A DNA stretch of 30,557 nucleotides, from assembly GCA_031549385.1 (NCBI GenBank), contig JAVBPW010000008.1, forward strand, positions 1 through 30,557, given 5' to 3'. The stretch comes from Alphaproteobacteria bacterium (GTDB lineage: Bacteria > Pseudomonadota > Alphaproteobacteria > Rs-D84 > SZUA-605). The notes beneath the pieces were generated by a model that worked only from the letters and a program-made list of their open reading frames with translations, made no database searches and had not been told where the DNA came from. The position numbers were made by a program, and so were the translations under genes. Shown one piece after another: positions 9,487 through 19,668 of this stretch (position 1 is its first letter; the number at the start of each line of letters is the position of its first letter).

Positions 9487-12400
9487 TATACTTCGTTTTT
9501 GAATTTAGAAATGCTTGAGTAAATAGTATTTCTGTATTTGATGTTTCTTTTTGCACTTCTTATTAATCTGTTATAGTGCTTTTCATCTAATCGTTTTACT
9601 ATTCCATAGCGGTTTTCTTTTTCTACATATGATGCAAGTTCACCATCACCTAATTGGCTGTCCAATTGTAATGGAGAAACTCCCTTTCTTACATAGAGTT
9701 TTGGATCATAACGATATAATGGCCAGTGACCTGTCTTTACTGCTTCTTTTTGTTGGTTCAATTGGAACTTCATGTCTATTCCATGTAGAACACAAGGAGC
9801 GTAAGCTATAATCAATGATGGACCATTGTGTGCTTCGGCTTCTCTTATCGCTTTTACTGCTTGAGCTTCATTTGCACCTAATGCTATTCTTGCTACATAA
9901 ACGTTTCCTGATGCCATTGCAAGAAGACCTAAATCCTTCTTTGGTAGAACTTTACCAGTTGATGCAAACTTTGCTGCTGCACCTATTGGAGTTGATTTAG
10001 ATTGTTGCCCACCTGTGTTTGAATATACTTCAGTATCCAATACAAATATATTTACATTTTTGTCTGAATATAAAATATGGTCAAGACCACCATAGCCTAT
10101 GTCATAAGCCCAACCATCACCACCCATAATCCATAATGATTTCTTTATTAAAGATTGAGTTAATTCTGATAGTTCTTTTGCTTTTTCACTTTTGATGTTT
10201 TTCAATTTAGCATTAAGTTCTTTTACTAATGCTCTTTGTTCTTTTATTTCAACATCATTTGATTGTTTGTTATTTATTATTTGATTGATGAAATCTAAAC
10301 CTAGTTCATCTTTTAAATCTTTTAATAATATAACTGCAGTTTCTGTGTTTTTATCTAGTGCTAAACGCATTCCAAATCCATATTCTGCATTGTCTTCAAA
10401 TAATGAATTTGACCACGCTGGGCCACGTCCGTCTGAATTCTTTGTGTATGGAGTTGTTGGTAAGTTTCCACCGTAAATAGATGAACATCCTGTTGCGTTT
10501 GATATTAACATTCTGTCACCAAAGAGTTGTGTTAATAATTTAACATATGGAGTTTGTCCACATCCTGCACATGACCCTGAAAATTCAAATAATGGAGTTA
10601 CTAATTGATTATGTTTTGTTATGTTCATATTCAATAGCGATTTGTCTATATCAGGTAATGATGCACAATATTCAAATGCTCTTTCTTTTTGTTCGAGATT
10701 GTTTTGAATATCTTCCATTACTAATGCAGGAATTTCTTTTGTTTTCATTGGACAGTTTTCTACACATAATCCACAGCCTGTACAGTCGTGTGGGGATATT
10801 GTGATAGCGTAATTATATCCTTGTCCCAATTCTGGAGTTTTATAATCTGCACTTTTGAAATTATCTGGTGCATTTTCTAATTGTTCTTTTGTTAGCACTT
10901 TTGATCTGATGGATGCATGAGGACATACTAATGAACATTTTCCACATTGAATACAACTTTCTAAATTCCAACAAGGTACTTGAGATGCTATTGATCTTTT
11001 TTCGTATTTTGTTGTACCTGATGGAAATTGACCGTTTGTATCTGAGAATGCTGATACAGGAAGATCATCTCCTTTCCCTTTTATCATTTGACTTATTACA
11101 TTCTTTACAAAGTCTGGGGCTGATAATGGAACATTGTCTGACATTAATGGAGCTTTCTTACTTACAGCTTTTGGATGATCAAAACGATATAGATTTTCTA
11201 CTGCTTTATCTATAGCTGCTATATTCATTTCAATAATTTTTTCACCTTTTTTACCATATGTCTTTTTTACTGACCTTTTAATATAGTCAGAAATTTTTTC
11301 AAAATCAGCTAGCTTTGATAAATAGAAGAAACATGTTTGCATAATTGTGTTTGTTCTAAAACCTAATCCTAAATCACGAGCAAGACGACCTGCATCTATT
11401 ATGTAAATAGTTAAATTTTTATCAAGAATTTGCTTTTGAACTTCTTGTGGTATTTGATCCCAAAGAGTATCTGCTTCGTAAGGAGAATTGATTAATAATA
11501 TTCCACCTTCTTTTGCATTAGCTAATACATCTTGTTTAAAGAACATTGGAAAATGAGATACTGATGTGAAGTCTGCATTTTCTACTAGGTATGGACTTTT
11601 TATTTGTGTGTCTTTTATACGCAAGTGAGAACATGTAAATCCACCTGATTTTTTAGAATCATATACACTGTAATTTTGTACGTACTTTCCAGTATTGATA
11701 TTTATTATGTCAGCTGAATTTTTTGATGCTCCAACTGTTCCGTCTGAACCTAATCCAAAGAACATTGCTTTATAAGCATCATCTTTGAAGTCATATTTTA
11801 AATCATCAAGTGATAATTTTGTTACATCATCATTTATTCCTACTACAAATTCTTTTTTAGGATTTGGTTTTGATAGTTCTTCAAATATTTGTTTTACATG
11901 GTATGGTGTGAATTCTTTTGAACCTAGTCCATATCTTCCACCTATTACTTCTATACCTTCAAGTTTGTTTCTTTTTAATGCTGCTACTACATCCAAGAAT
12001 AATGGTTCACCAACTGAACCAGGTTCTTTTGTTCTGTCGAGTACTGCTATTTTTTTTACGTTTGATGGAAGTAGTTTTGAAAACTTTGCAACTGGAAAAG
12101 GGCGGTATAGGCGAATCTTTATTAAACCTAACTTTGCACCTTTTTTGTTTTCTTGGTCTATTGTTTCTTCTATAATATCACAAGATGATCCCATTGATAC
12201 TATAATGTTTTCTGCATCTTTGTTTCCATAGTATTCTACTGTGTCATAGTATCTTCCTGTTTTGTTTCCAAATTCGTTTAATACATCTTCTACTATTGAA
12301 ATTACATTATTATAAGTTGGGTTTTGAGCTTCACGACCTTGGAAGAATACGTCTGGGTTTTGAGCTGTTCCTCTTATACATGGTTTTTCTGGTGTTAAAC

Positions 12401-13019
12401 CATTATCTCTTTTTTCTTTAATTAATTTTTTATCTAATAATGATAAAATAGTTTCATCTGAAATTTGTTCTATTGATGTTATTTCATGTGATGTTCTGAA
12501 ACCATCAAAATAGTGTAAGAATGGAACTTTTGCTTTTAATGTTGATAAATGAGCAACCAATGCCATGTCATGTGATTCTTGGACATTGTTTGAACCTAAT
12601 ATTGCGAATCCTGTTTCTCTTACTGTCATGATGTCACTGTGGTCGCCAAAGATTGATAGAGCATGAGTTGCTACTGCTCTGGCTGCTACATGCATTACAA
12701 ATTGATGGCCTTCGCCGGCTATTTTATACATGTTTGGTATCATTAATAATAAACCTTGAGAAGCTGTGAATGTTGATACCTGAGCTCCAATTTGAAGAGC
12801 ACCATGTACTGCTCCTATAGCTCCTGCTTCTGATTGCATGATTGTAACGTTTGCTGTGTTACCGAAAATGTTTTTTCTTTGTTTTGATGAGAAAGTTTCA
12901 AAAATTTCTGCCATAGTTGATGAGGGGGTTATCGGATAGATAACAGCCAAATCAGATAAACGGTAGGCTATATCTGCTGCTGCTTCATTGCCATCGCAGA
13001 CGTAACTATTTTTAAACAT
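9486..13019 (-). CDS. nifJ: Pyruvate:ferredoxin (flavodoxin) oxidoreductase, single-chain
   Basis: 1177 aa. Two 4Fe-4S ferredoxin motifs (CIQCGKCSLVCP, CTGCGLCVENCP), the TPP-binding GGDGWAYDIGYGG, and the typical PFOR N-terminus DGNEAAA..AY. SD AAGGA. Confidence 0.95.
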   Translation of the reverse strand: MFKNSYVCDGNEAAADIAYRLSDLAVIYPITPSSTMAEIFETFSSKQRKNIFGNTANVTIMQSEAGAIGAVHGALQIGAQVSTFTASQGLLLMIPNMYKIAGEGHQFVMHVAARAVATHALSIFGDHSDIMTVRETGFAILGSNNVQESHDMALVAHLSTLKAKVPFLHYFDGFRTSHEITSIEQISDETILSLLDKKLIKEKRDNGLTPEKPCIRGTAQNPDVFFQGREAQNPTYNNVISIVEDVLNEFGNKTGRYYDTVEYYGNKDAENIIVSMGSSCDIIEETIDQENKKGAKLGLIKIRLYRPFPVAKFSKLLPSNVKKIAVLDRTKEPGSVGEPLFLDVVAALKRNKLEGIEVIGGRYGLGSKEFTPYHVKQIFEELSKPNPKKEFVVGINDDVTKLSLDDLKYDFKDDAYKAMFFGLGSDGTVGASKNSADIININTGKYVQNYSVYDSKKSGGFTCSHLRIKDTQIKSPYLVENADFTSVSHFPMFFKQDVLANAKEGGILLINSPYEADTLWDQIPQEVQKQILDKNLTIYIIDAGRLARDLGLGFRTNTIMQTCFFYLSKLADFEKISDYIKRSVKKTYGKKGEKIIEMNIAAIDKAVENLYRFDHPKAVSKKAPLMSDNVPLSAPDFVKNVISQMIKGKGDDLPVSAFSDTNGQFPSGTTKYEKRSIASQVPCWNLESCIQCGKCSLVCPHASIRSKVLTKEQLENAPDNFKSADYKTPELGQGYNYAITISPHDCTGCGLCVENCPMKTKEIPALVMEDIQNNLEQKERAFEYCASLPDIDKSLLNMNITKHNQLVTPLFEFSGSCAGCGQTPYVKLLTQLFGDRMLISNATGCSSIYGGNLPTTPYTKNSDGRGPAWSNSLFEDNAEYGFGMRLALDKNTETAVILLKDLKDELGLDFINQIINNKQSNDVEIKEQRALVKELNAKLKNIKSEKAKELSELTQSLIKKSLWIMGGDGWAYDIGYGGLDHILYSDKNVNIFVLDTEVYSNTGGQQSKSTPIGAAAKFASTGKVLPKKDLGLLAMASGNVYVARIALGANEAQAVKAIREAEAHNGPSLIIAYAPCVLHGIDMKFQLNQQKEAVKTGHWPLYRYDPKLYVRKGVSPLQLDSQLGDGELASYVEKENRYGIVKRLDEKHYNRLIRSAKRNIKYRNTIYSSISKFKNEV

Positions 13020-13052
13020 TTAGTTTTCCTTTTTTTTAGTTAATAGGGTCTA

Positions 13053-13081
13053 ATTATAGAAAATTTTGTCATATATTGCAA
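13053..13081 (-). promoter_or_regulatory. Candidate promoter of PFOR
   Basis: The minus strand reads TTGCAA (13081-13076), 17-nt spacer, TATAAT (13058-13053). Confidence 0.55.
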
Positions 13082-13172
13082 TTTTTTAATTTATTAGTCT
13101 TTTTTAGACAAAATATTTTGTTTACTTTTGAAAAATTAACTTTATCATTAAAAGAAAAATGGAGGTTATGTT

Positions 13173-13844
13173 ATGGTTTTATATGTTATTTTTTGTATTA
13201 TTGCAGGTTATTTAATTGGAAGCATTCCTTTTGGATATGTGTTTTCTAAAACTATCTTAAATAAGGATGTTAGAAAAGTTGGAAGTGGTGCTACTGGAGC
13301 TACTAACGTTATGCGTATTAGTAAATGGGTTGCTGTTCTTACTTTCCTTTGCGATTTTGCTAAAGTTTGGTTGGCAGTGTTTATTACTCAAAGAATGATA
13401 TTCTTCTTCCCACTTACACCTCTTAGTTTTACTTTATATTTATTTGGATATTATATAATGCTTACTGGAATCTTTTGTATAATTGGACATAATTTCCCAG
13501 TTTGGTTAGGATTTAAAGGTGGAAAAGGATTTGCTGCTACACTTGCTTTAGTTTCTATATTCTCACCACTTGTATTTATCATGTTAGTATTATTATGGTT
13601 AGTTGTGTTTGCAGTGTTTGGTTTCTCATCACTTGCTTCTTTAACTGTACTTGTAATAATGCCATTTATATTCTTGTTCTTAGGAATGCCTGTGTATTTA
13701 GTATTATGCTTAGCTTTTGTTTCTATGCTTGGTATTTATATGCATAAAGCAAATATTGCAAGATTGCTTAAGAAAGAAGAATTCAGATTCTATTTGTTTG
13801 GTAAAAAAGAAGTTGTTTCTTCTAAGAAATCAAAAAAGAAGTAA
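13173..13844 (+). CDS. plsY: Glycerol-3-phosphate acyltransferase PlsY
   Basis: Polytopic membrane protein with GSIPFG and GSGATGATNVMR motifs. SD GGAGG. Lys-rich C-terminal tail. Confidence 0.88.
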   Translation: MVLYVIFCIIAGYLIGSIPFGYVFSKTILNKDVRKVGSGATGATNVMRISKWVAVLTFLCDFAKVWLAVFITQRMIFFFPLTPLSFTLYLFGYYIMLTGIFCIIGHNFPVWLGFKGGKGFAATLALVSIFSPLVFIMLVLLWLVVFAVFGFSSLASLTVLVIMPFIFLFLGMPVYLVLCLAFVSMLGIYMHKANIARLLKKEEFRFYLFGKKEVVSSKKSKKK

Positions 13845-14974
13845 TGTTTTTATCAAAAGAAGAAAAGATTGCAAGACTTAGACTTATTAGAACACCATTA
13901 ATTGGACCTGTTCGTTATCGAAAACTTGTGAATGTTTATGGAGGGGCACAAAATGCCCTTTTCCATTTGCCTAAAGTTCTTGAATTAAATAAGAAATTCA
14001 AAATATCTGAAGTTTATCCAGAAAAAGAAGCTTTGATTGAACTTGAATTAGCTGAAAAAAAAGATATCAATATTGTTTTTTATGGGGATGAATTTTACCC
14101 AGAAGCTTTTAATCCTGTTTCATCTGCTAGTCCTTTATTGTTTGTTAAATCAAAAAATTTATCTGCTTTGAAGAAAATAAATGGAGTTGGAATTGTTGGA
14201 ACTCGCAATTCTTCTATTGTTGCTGAAAAGTTCTGTTATCAATTATCAGCTGATATAGCAAAGAGTGGAAATTGTGTTGTTTCAGGCATGGCACAGGGAA
14301 TCGATGCTTTTGCTCATAGTGGGGCTTTATCAGTGAATTCAGATTTTCCAACTGTTGCAGTTCTTGCTGGTGGTGTTGATGTTATTTATCCACTTAAAAA
14401 TAGATTTTTATATGAAGAGATAATTGAAAAAAATGGAGCTATTGTCTCAGAAAGACCTATTGGTAGTCAACCATCTGCTAATTTTTTTCCTGTGAGAAAT
14501 AGAATTATCGTTGGGTTGTGCAAAGGAGTTATAGTAATTGAAGCCAAGGCAAAAAGTGGCTCTTTGATTACTGCTGAATATGCTAAGGAAATGAATAGAG
14601 TTGCTATGGCAGTTCCAGGATTTCCAACTGATGAAAGAGCAGGTGGACCTAATTATCTTTTAAAATATGGAGCAAAATTAATTGAAAATATTGATGATGT
14701 TAAAGCTGCTCTTATTAATATTGGAGAAGAAAATAAAGAAGATCTTTATCAAAATATTTTTAGTGTAAATGAAATTAAGTTTGTTGCTTCAAATGATAAT
14801 ATAGATGATTTGAAGGAACTTGTTTTGTCTAAATTGAGCAAGACGCCTATTGATATAGAAGAACTTATTAGTAATTTGAATGTTACTACTCCACTTGTGC
14901 TTAGAGCTTTATTGGAATTAGAACTGGCAGAAAAGATTGTTTGTAGTTCAACAAATACTGTTTCAAAAATTTAG
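13844..14974 (+). CDS. dprA: DNA-processing protein DprA (Smf)
   Basis: GIVGTRNSS...VSGMAQGIDAFAHSGAL Rossmann-like DprA core. ATG overlaps the plsY stop (TAATG). Confidence 0.88.
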   Translation: MFLSKEEKIARLRLIRTPLIGPVRYRKLVNVYGGAQNALFHLPKVLELNKKFKISEVYPEKEALIELELAEKKDINIVFYGDEFYPEAFNPVSSASPLLFVKSKNLSALKKINGVGIVGTRNSSIVAEKFCYQLSADIAKSGNCVVSGMAQGIDAFAHSGALSVNSDFPTVAVLAGGVDVIYPLKNRFLYEEIIEKNGAIVSERPIGSQPSANFFPVRNRIIVGLCKGVIVIEAKAKSGSLITAEYAKEMNRVAMAVPGFPTDERAGGPNYLLKYGAKLIENIDDVKAALINIGEENKEDLYQNIFSVNEIKFVASNDNIDDLKELVLSKLSKTPIDIEELISNLNVTTPLVLRALLELELAEKIVCSSTNTVSKI

Positions 14975-16458
14975 TTTGTATGTGCAACTTTTCTTTTAAA
15001 TAAAATTGATCCGCAATATATTAAATATCCTATTCCAAAGAATGCTGCCATTGCTATTTTTACAAATGGGATAAATTCTGTTTTTGATATAAATGAAAAT
15101 AATACGCCAAGTATTGCATTTGCAAATAATACGAGGAAAATCTTTCTCCAAACTCCTCTTTTTAAATGTGTGTAGTTTCTTTTTATTATTAAAACTATGT
15201 AAATTAAAAATGGTACTAATGAAGAGAAGAAACTTGCATATGGGATTGCTAGCATTCCTATTTTCTTTGTTAATGTAAATAGTAAAATTAAGTTTGTTAC
15301 AAATGAGAAGAATGCTATGATTGCTGGTATTTTTGTGTTGTTTCTTGCAAAAAACATGCTTCCAAATACTCGGTTGAATAAAATGATTAATACATTTAAT
15401 CCTAAGATTTTTAACATTGCTGCTGTTTGTAAAGTGTCGTTTAAATTAAATGATCCGTATTGGAATAATAGTCCAACTATATCAACTGATAATAAACACA
15501 TTGCAAGAGCGCATGGTAAACCTAGAAAAATATTTAATAGGAATGAATTGTTCTGAAGAAAATGTTTTTCTTTTAAGTTAGTTGTTTGTAAGTTTGATGA
15601 TAAATGTGGAAGCAATACTGTTGAAATTGCTGCTCCTATGATTCCTATTGGAAGAAGGTAAATTCTTTGTGCAAAATAAAACCATGATACAGCACCATCA
15701 AATAAAGATGCAAAGATTGAGCCTACTAAAATATTTAGGTAATAAATTCCAGCTCCACATATTGCTGGTACAAATTTTAATAAGAATTCTTTTGTTTCAG
15801 GTGTTAGTTTTGGAAGTTTTATGCGAACTGATATACCTTGCTTTCTTACAAAGTAATACATGAATATTAATTGAACTATTCCAGAAATAAATACCCCATA
15901 AGATAATGCTACTGCTACGTTTGGTGTAATATCTTTAAATGCAAAAATTGATGCTATTAAAACTATGTTATAAATTATGGGTGTTAATGCTGGAATTAAA
16001 AATTTTTTTAAGTTTTGCATTACGGAAATGAAAAATGTTGTTAGTGATATGAACATTAAAAATGGGAACATTATTTTCGCTAAATGAACAGTTGTTTTGA
16101 ATTTTTCACCTGTGAAGCCTGGAGCAAAGACTGTTATTACTTGTGGCATGAAAATTATAAAGACTACTGTTAATAAGGAAAGTGTTATGAATAAAAATGA
16201 AAAACTGTCATTTAAAAAATTTTGTTGCTTTTCTTTATCATGACTTACTTTTGCAAGAGTTGGTATAAATGATGATGAAAAAGCACCTTCAGCAAATAAC
16301 TCACGAAATGTATTTGGGATACGTAGAGCAATTAAAAAAGCTTGAGACAGATATGACGAGCCTAAGAAAAAGGCTATAAATTGATCACGTACAAAGCCTA
16401 ATACTCGGCTTACCATAGTAAGTAAACTCACTGAAAAAATTGATTTAAAAAATCCCAT
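14971..16458 (-). CDS. murJ: Lipid II flippase MurJ (MviN)
   Basis: 495-aa polytopic protein. The N-terminus ...MVSRVLGFVRDQFIAFFLG is typical of MurJ. Its stop overlaps the dprA stop by 4 nt (convergent). Confidence 0.88.
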   Translation of the reverse strand: MGFFKSIFSVSLLTMVSRVLGFVRDQFIAFFLGSSYLSQAFLIALRIPNTFRELFAEGAFSSSFIPTLAKVSHDKEKQQNFLNDSFSFLFITLSLLTVVFIIFMPQVITVFAPGFTGEKFKTTVHLAKIMFPFLMFISLTTFFISVMQNLKKFLIPALTPIIYNIVLIASIFAFKDITPNVAVALSYGVFISGIVQLIFMYYFVRKQGISVRIKLPKLTPETKEFLLKFVPAICGAGIYYLNILVGSIFASLFDGAVSWFYFAQRIYLLPIGIIGAAISTVLLPHLSSNLQTTNLKEKHFLQNNSFLLNIFLGLPCALAMCLLSVDIVGLLFQYGSFNLNDTLQTAAMLKILGLNVLIILFNRVFGSMFFARNNTKIPAIIAFFSFVTNLILLFTLTKKIGMLAIPYASFFSSLVPFLIYIVLIIKRNYTHLKRGVWRKIFLVLFANAILGVLFSFISKTEFIPFVKIAMAAFFGIGYLIYCGSILFKRKVAHTN

Positions 16459-16523
16459 ATTTATTACTTTCTTTTTTAATTTTAATATATTATATTATAT
16501 ACATTATAAGGAAAAAATAAACA

Positions 16524-17288
16524 ATGTCTTTTTTGAAAAAGTTTTTAACCATTTTGGTTTGTGGGTTTTTATTTGCTTGTTCTTCTACTGATAAATATGT
16601 AGAACGATCAGATACTGAAATTTATGATAAGGGTATGAAGTATATGAGGGAAACTGCATGGGTTGCAGCAGCTGACGAATTCTTGGAAATTGAGCGACAA
16701 CACCCTTATTCAGAACTTGCTCCAAAAGGATTGTATTTAGCTGGGTTTGCTTATTATAGCGAAAAAGATTATTTACAAGCTGTTATAGTTTTAGATAGAT
16801 TCTTGAAACTTTACCCAGGACATGACCAAGTTCCTTATGTGCTATATTTAAAGTCTGAATGTTACTTTGCTCAAGTTTCTGATATTAAGAGAGAACAAAA
16901 GTATACTGCTGATGCTATTAAGACTATGGAAGAACTTGTTAGACGTTATCCAGATACTCCTTATGCTAAAGCTGTTAAGAACAGAATTATTGTGTTGAAG
17001 AATTTCTTGATTGCTAAGGAAATGGAAAAAGCTAAAGAATTGACTAAACAACAAAACTTTGTGGCAGCGCTTAGACGTTATCAAGGAATTATTGGCTCTT
17101 ATCCAGAAAGCTATATGACACCTGAAGCTTTGTTTAGAAAAATTGAAATATATTTGACTATTGGTATGGATAAACAAGCTTTGGAAGTTGGGTCTATACT
17201 TGGAGCTAATTATCCTTCATCAAAATGGTATAAAAAAGCTTACAAGTTGTTAAAGAATAATACTAACTATTTCAAAAACAAAAAATAA
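16524..17288 (+). CDS. bamD: Outer membrane protein assembly factor BamD (lipoprotein, TPR)
   Basis: Lipobox LFAC-SS, and TPR-like repeats with the BamD/YfiO pattern (EIYDKG..., YLAGFAYYSEKDY, LKSECYF). Confidence 0.85.
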   Translation: MSFLKKFLTILVCGFLFACSSTDKYVERSDTEIYDKGMKYMRETAWVAAADEFLEIERQHPYSELAPKGLYLAGFAYYSEKDYLQAVIVLDRFLKLYPGHDQVPYVLYLKSECYFAQVSDIKREQKYTADAIKTMEELVRRYPDTPYAKAVKNRIIVLKNFLIAKEMEKAKELTKQQNFVAALRRYQGIIGSYPESYMTPEALFRKIEIYLTIGMDKQALEVGSILGANYPSSKWYKKAYKLLKNNTNYFKNKK

Positions 17289-17292
17289 TCCA

Positions 17293-17320
17293 TTGACTTT
17301 TATTTTAAATCAATTAAATT
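17293..17320 (+). promoter_or_regulatory. Orphan promoter in the bamD-lptB intergenic region
   Basis: TTGACT (17293-17298), 16-nt spacer, TAAATT (17315-17320). No ORF follows. Confidence 0.45.
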
Positions 17321-17329
17321 GGTGTTTAA

Positions 17330-17506
17330 TAAGTTAAATAAACATACAAAAATGAAATTTTAAATCGATTTTGAAGAAGCCTGAGCCGATGTGGGTTTCA
17401 AAAATAGGCATAATGTAGAGTTTCAAAAGGTTCAGGTGAACCACCATCTCTTACCCCCATAAGGATGTTCAAAATCTTAAGCCTCCACGTGTTGGAGGCT
17501 TTTTTA
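17330..17506 (+). ncRNA. Candidate small RNA of about 175 nt, unknown family
   Basis: Bounded by the promoter above and the strong terminator at 17479-17506. GC-richer than its surroundings. Internal stem ATGTGGGT/ACCCCCAT. Three GTT(T)CAAAA repeats. No ORF longer than 10 codons. Confidence 0.4.
17479..17506. terminator. Rho-independent terminator, usable from both strands (candidate sRNA and lptB)
   Basis: AAGCCTCCA-CGTG-TTGGAGGCTT followed by TTTTTATTTT. Confidence 0.8.
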
Positions 17507-17525
17507 TTTTATGATTTCTTATTTT

Positions 17526-18266
17526 TTAAAAGTCTGATTTGAAGTCTTCGCCAAGGTATACTTTTTTTACATCTTTATTGGCTACTAATTCTTTTGGTTT
17601 ACCATGAGCTAACATATAACCATCGTGTAAAATGTATGCACGGTTTGTTATTTTTAGAGTTTCTGCTACGTTATGGTCTGTGATTAATACTCCTAAACCT
17701 CTTTCTTTTAAATGAGATACTAGGGTTCTTATGTCATTTACAGCAATTGGGTCAACTCCTGCAAATGGTTCGTCAAGCAATATGAATTTTGGATTTGTTG
17801 CTAAAGCTCTTGCAATTTCAGTTCTTCTTCTTTCACCACCTGATAGTGAAATGGCTAATGCATCTCTTAAATGTTCTATTGAGAATTCTGCCATCAACTC
17901 TTCACATTTCTTTTCACGTTTTGATTTTGATGGTTCTACTACTTCTAAGATTGCCATAATATTATTATAAACTGTTAGGTTTCTGAATACTGAGTTTTCT
18001 TGTGGAAGGTAGCCTATACCCATTTGTGCACGTTTGTAAAATGGAAGAGATGTTATATCATAGTCGTCTAAATATATTTTTCCACCATTTGGTAATATCA
18101 ATCCTGTTACACAATAAAAACATGTTGTTTTTCCAGCTCCATTTGGGCCTAATAATCCTACTACTTCACCTTGTGTTAAATCTAATGAAATGTTTTTTAG
18201 AATAGGGCGACGGCCATAACTTTTTTTAATTCTTTCTAACCTTAATGTTGATGGAGTGTTCTTCAT
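17526..18266 (-). CDS. lptB: LPS export ABC transporter ATP-binding protein LptB
   Basis: Walker [10 protein letters not shown], signature LSGGERRR, Walker [12 protein letters not shown], and the LptB-typical [12 protein letters not shown]. Confidence 0.92.
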   Translation of the reverse strand: MKNTPSTLRLERIKKSYGRRPILKNISLDLTQGEVVGLLGPNGAGKTTCFYCVTGLILPNGGKIYLDDYDITSLPFYKRAQMGIGYLPQENSVFRNLTVYNNIMAILEVVEPSKSKREKKCEELMAEFSIEHLRDALAISLSGGERRRTEIARALATNPKFILLDEPFAGVDPIAVNDIRTLVSHLKERGLGVLITDHNVAETLKITNRAYILHDGYMLAHGKPKELVANKDVKKVYLGEDFKSDF

Positions 18267-19063
18267 TATAGTTTGTCCTTTTCTATTGCGCCTTCTATCA
18301 TTGGTGTTGCTTTATCCGTTGTATTGAATGTACCATGGATTTGTGTTTCACCTTTTTTAGGATGCAATCTTGTTATTCCTGTTTTCATATTGTATTCAAG
18401 AAGACCACCGTCTAATGTTGCTTGATTTCCTCTTTTGATTGATACAGAGTTTGTGATTTTTGCAAAACCTGATTTTGCATCATAGATTGCGTTGTCACCT
18501 GTTAATTCTTCTGTTTCAGTTGTGAGTTTTACGCCGCCTGTTGCTTCTGCTTTTGATAGTCCAAATTTACCGTCTATTTTTTCAAAGTAAGCAGTCATTG
18601 TTTTTGAACTTAGAATTCTTTTACCTTGTTTGATTTGTCCGTCTGTTGCAACTGCGATACCTTTTATGTGATTGTATTTTATTGTGTTTGGTGATGATAA
18701 AACTATGTCATCATAATAAAGACGAGTTGTTGGAGAACCTGTTAATTCCATTTGTCCTGTTTCAAGATTATATGTAACTTTTTTTGTTTCGATTCTTTCT
18801 TTTGCTGATGTTATTTGAACGTCACCTATTGCTTCTACTTTATAAATTTGTGGTTGTTTTTTTGCATCTTCTTTGTAATAAGCTATAATTTTGTCTGCTG
18901 TTAGTGTCATGTCACCACGTTCTATTTTTGCATTTTTAATAGCTGATAGAGTTTTTTTTGATTGATTTAATTCCAAACCATTTTCTGCTGTCAAATTTAC
19001 TGTTTGACCAAAAGATAAATGGCTTATGAATAAAACTGATAAAAATAGTAAGAGTTTTTTCAT
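18266..19063 (-). CDS. lptA: LPS transport periplasmic protein LptA (OstA-like), long form
   Basis: Signal peptide plus repetitive beta-jellyroll-like sequence. Sits between lptC and lptB with overlapping start and stop codons. At 265 aa it is about 80 aa longer than E. coli LptA. Confidence 0.7.
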   Translation of the reverse strand: MKKLLLFLSVLFISHLSFGQTVNLTAENGLELNQSKKTLSAIKNAKIERGDMTLTADKIIAYYKEDAKKQPQIYKVEAIGDVQITSAKERIETKKVTYNLETGQMELTGSPTTRLYYDDIVLSSPNTIKYNHIKGIAVATDGQIKQGKRILSSKTMTAYFEKIDGKFGLSKAEATGGVKLTTETEELTGDNAIYDAKSGFAKITNSVSIKRGNQATLDGGLLEYNMKTGITRLHPKKGETQIHGTFNTTDKATPMIEGAIEKDKL

Positions 19064-19668
19064 GGAAGATCGATGTCCTTTAACATAGTGTCTGAAATTG
19101 TTGCTTTGATGTTTCCTTTTAATATTATATCACCATTTAAGGTAAAATCCAACCCATCAGCTTCAATTGTGTTTAATCCATTTTGAATTACTACACGAAC
19201 ATCTGATTTTGCTGTCATATTTTTTGTGTCTATGTTTAGACTTGTTGTGTCTAATTTATATCCATCCTCTGTTAGTAATGTTATGTTTTCATAAAGATTG
19301 ATAATTTTAGTTTCTTTGTTGTATCTTCCTTTTGAGGCAGAAAATCCAGCCCATCTTGAATCAGAAATTGTTATTTCACCTTCTATGTTTTGAAGGACCA
19401 CATTGTTGTCTTCTGAATTTTGTTCGATTGCTTTTTTAATTTCTAATGATAATGGTCTGTCATTTTGGTCTGTACCAAAAAATCTTGCATTCGTTAGTGT
19501 GAATACACTTGGATTTTTTACATTTACTTTTGGAATCTTTAATTTTAAATCATCTGTTTGAATACCAGAATAAGGAAGAAGTAAAAGAGAAAATACTACG
19601 CCAGCAAGAACTAGCATTAGTATTTTCATCTTTTTTACAAACTTAAAATAACCTTTTGGTTCTGACAT
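19060..19668 (-). CDS. lptC: LPS export system protein LptC
   Basis: 202 aa with an N-terminal membrane anchor followed by a beta-rich periplasmic domain. Conserved position between kdsD and lptA. 4-nt overlap with lptA. Confidence 0.65.
   Translation of the reverse strand: MSEPKGYFKFVKKMKILMLVLAGVVFSLLLLPYSGIQTDDLKLKIPKVNVKNPSVFTLTNARFFGTDQNDRPLSLEIKKAIEQNSEDNNVVLQNIEGEITISDSRWAGFSASKGRYNKETKIINLYENITLLTEDGYKLDTTSLNIDTKNMTAKSDVRVVIQNGLNTIEADGLDFTLNGDIILKGNIKATISDTMLKDIDLP

Noticed and set aside
9551-12231. Seven plus-strand ORFs antisense to PFOR (9551-9811, 9815-10000, 10285-10476, 10547-10804, 10913-11215, 11785-12231, 11918-12175)
   Set aside because: They lie fully inside a well-supported 1177-aa gene. 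Their translations are low-complexity Leu/Phe/Ser-rich, as expected from the complement of AT-rich codons.
17471-17484. Possible base pairing between the candidate sRNA (AAAATCTTAAGCC) and the cassette leader motif
   Set aside because: Only the palindromic CTTAA core (5 bp) can pair and the flanks mismatch, so it does not support a regulatory interaction.
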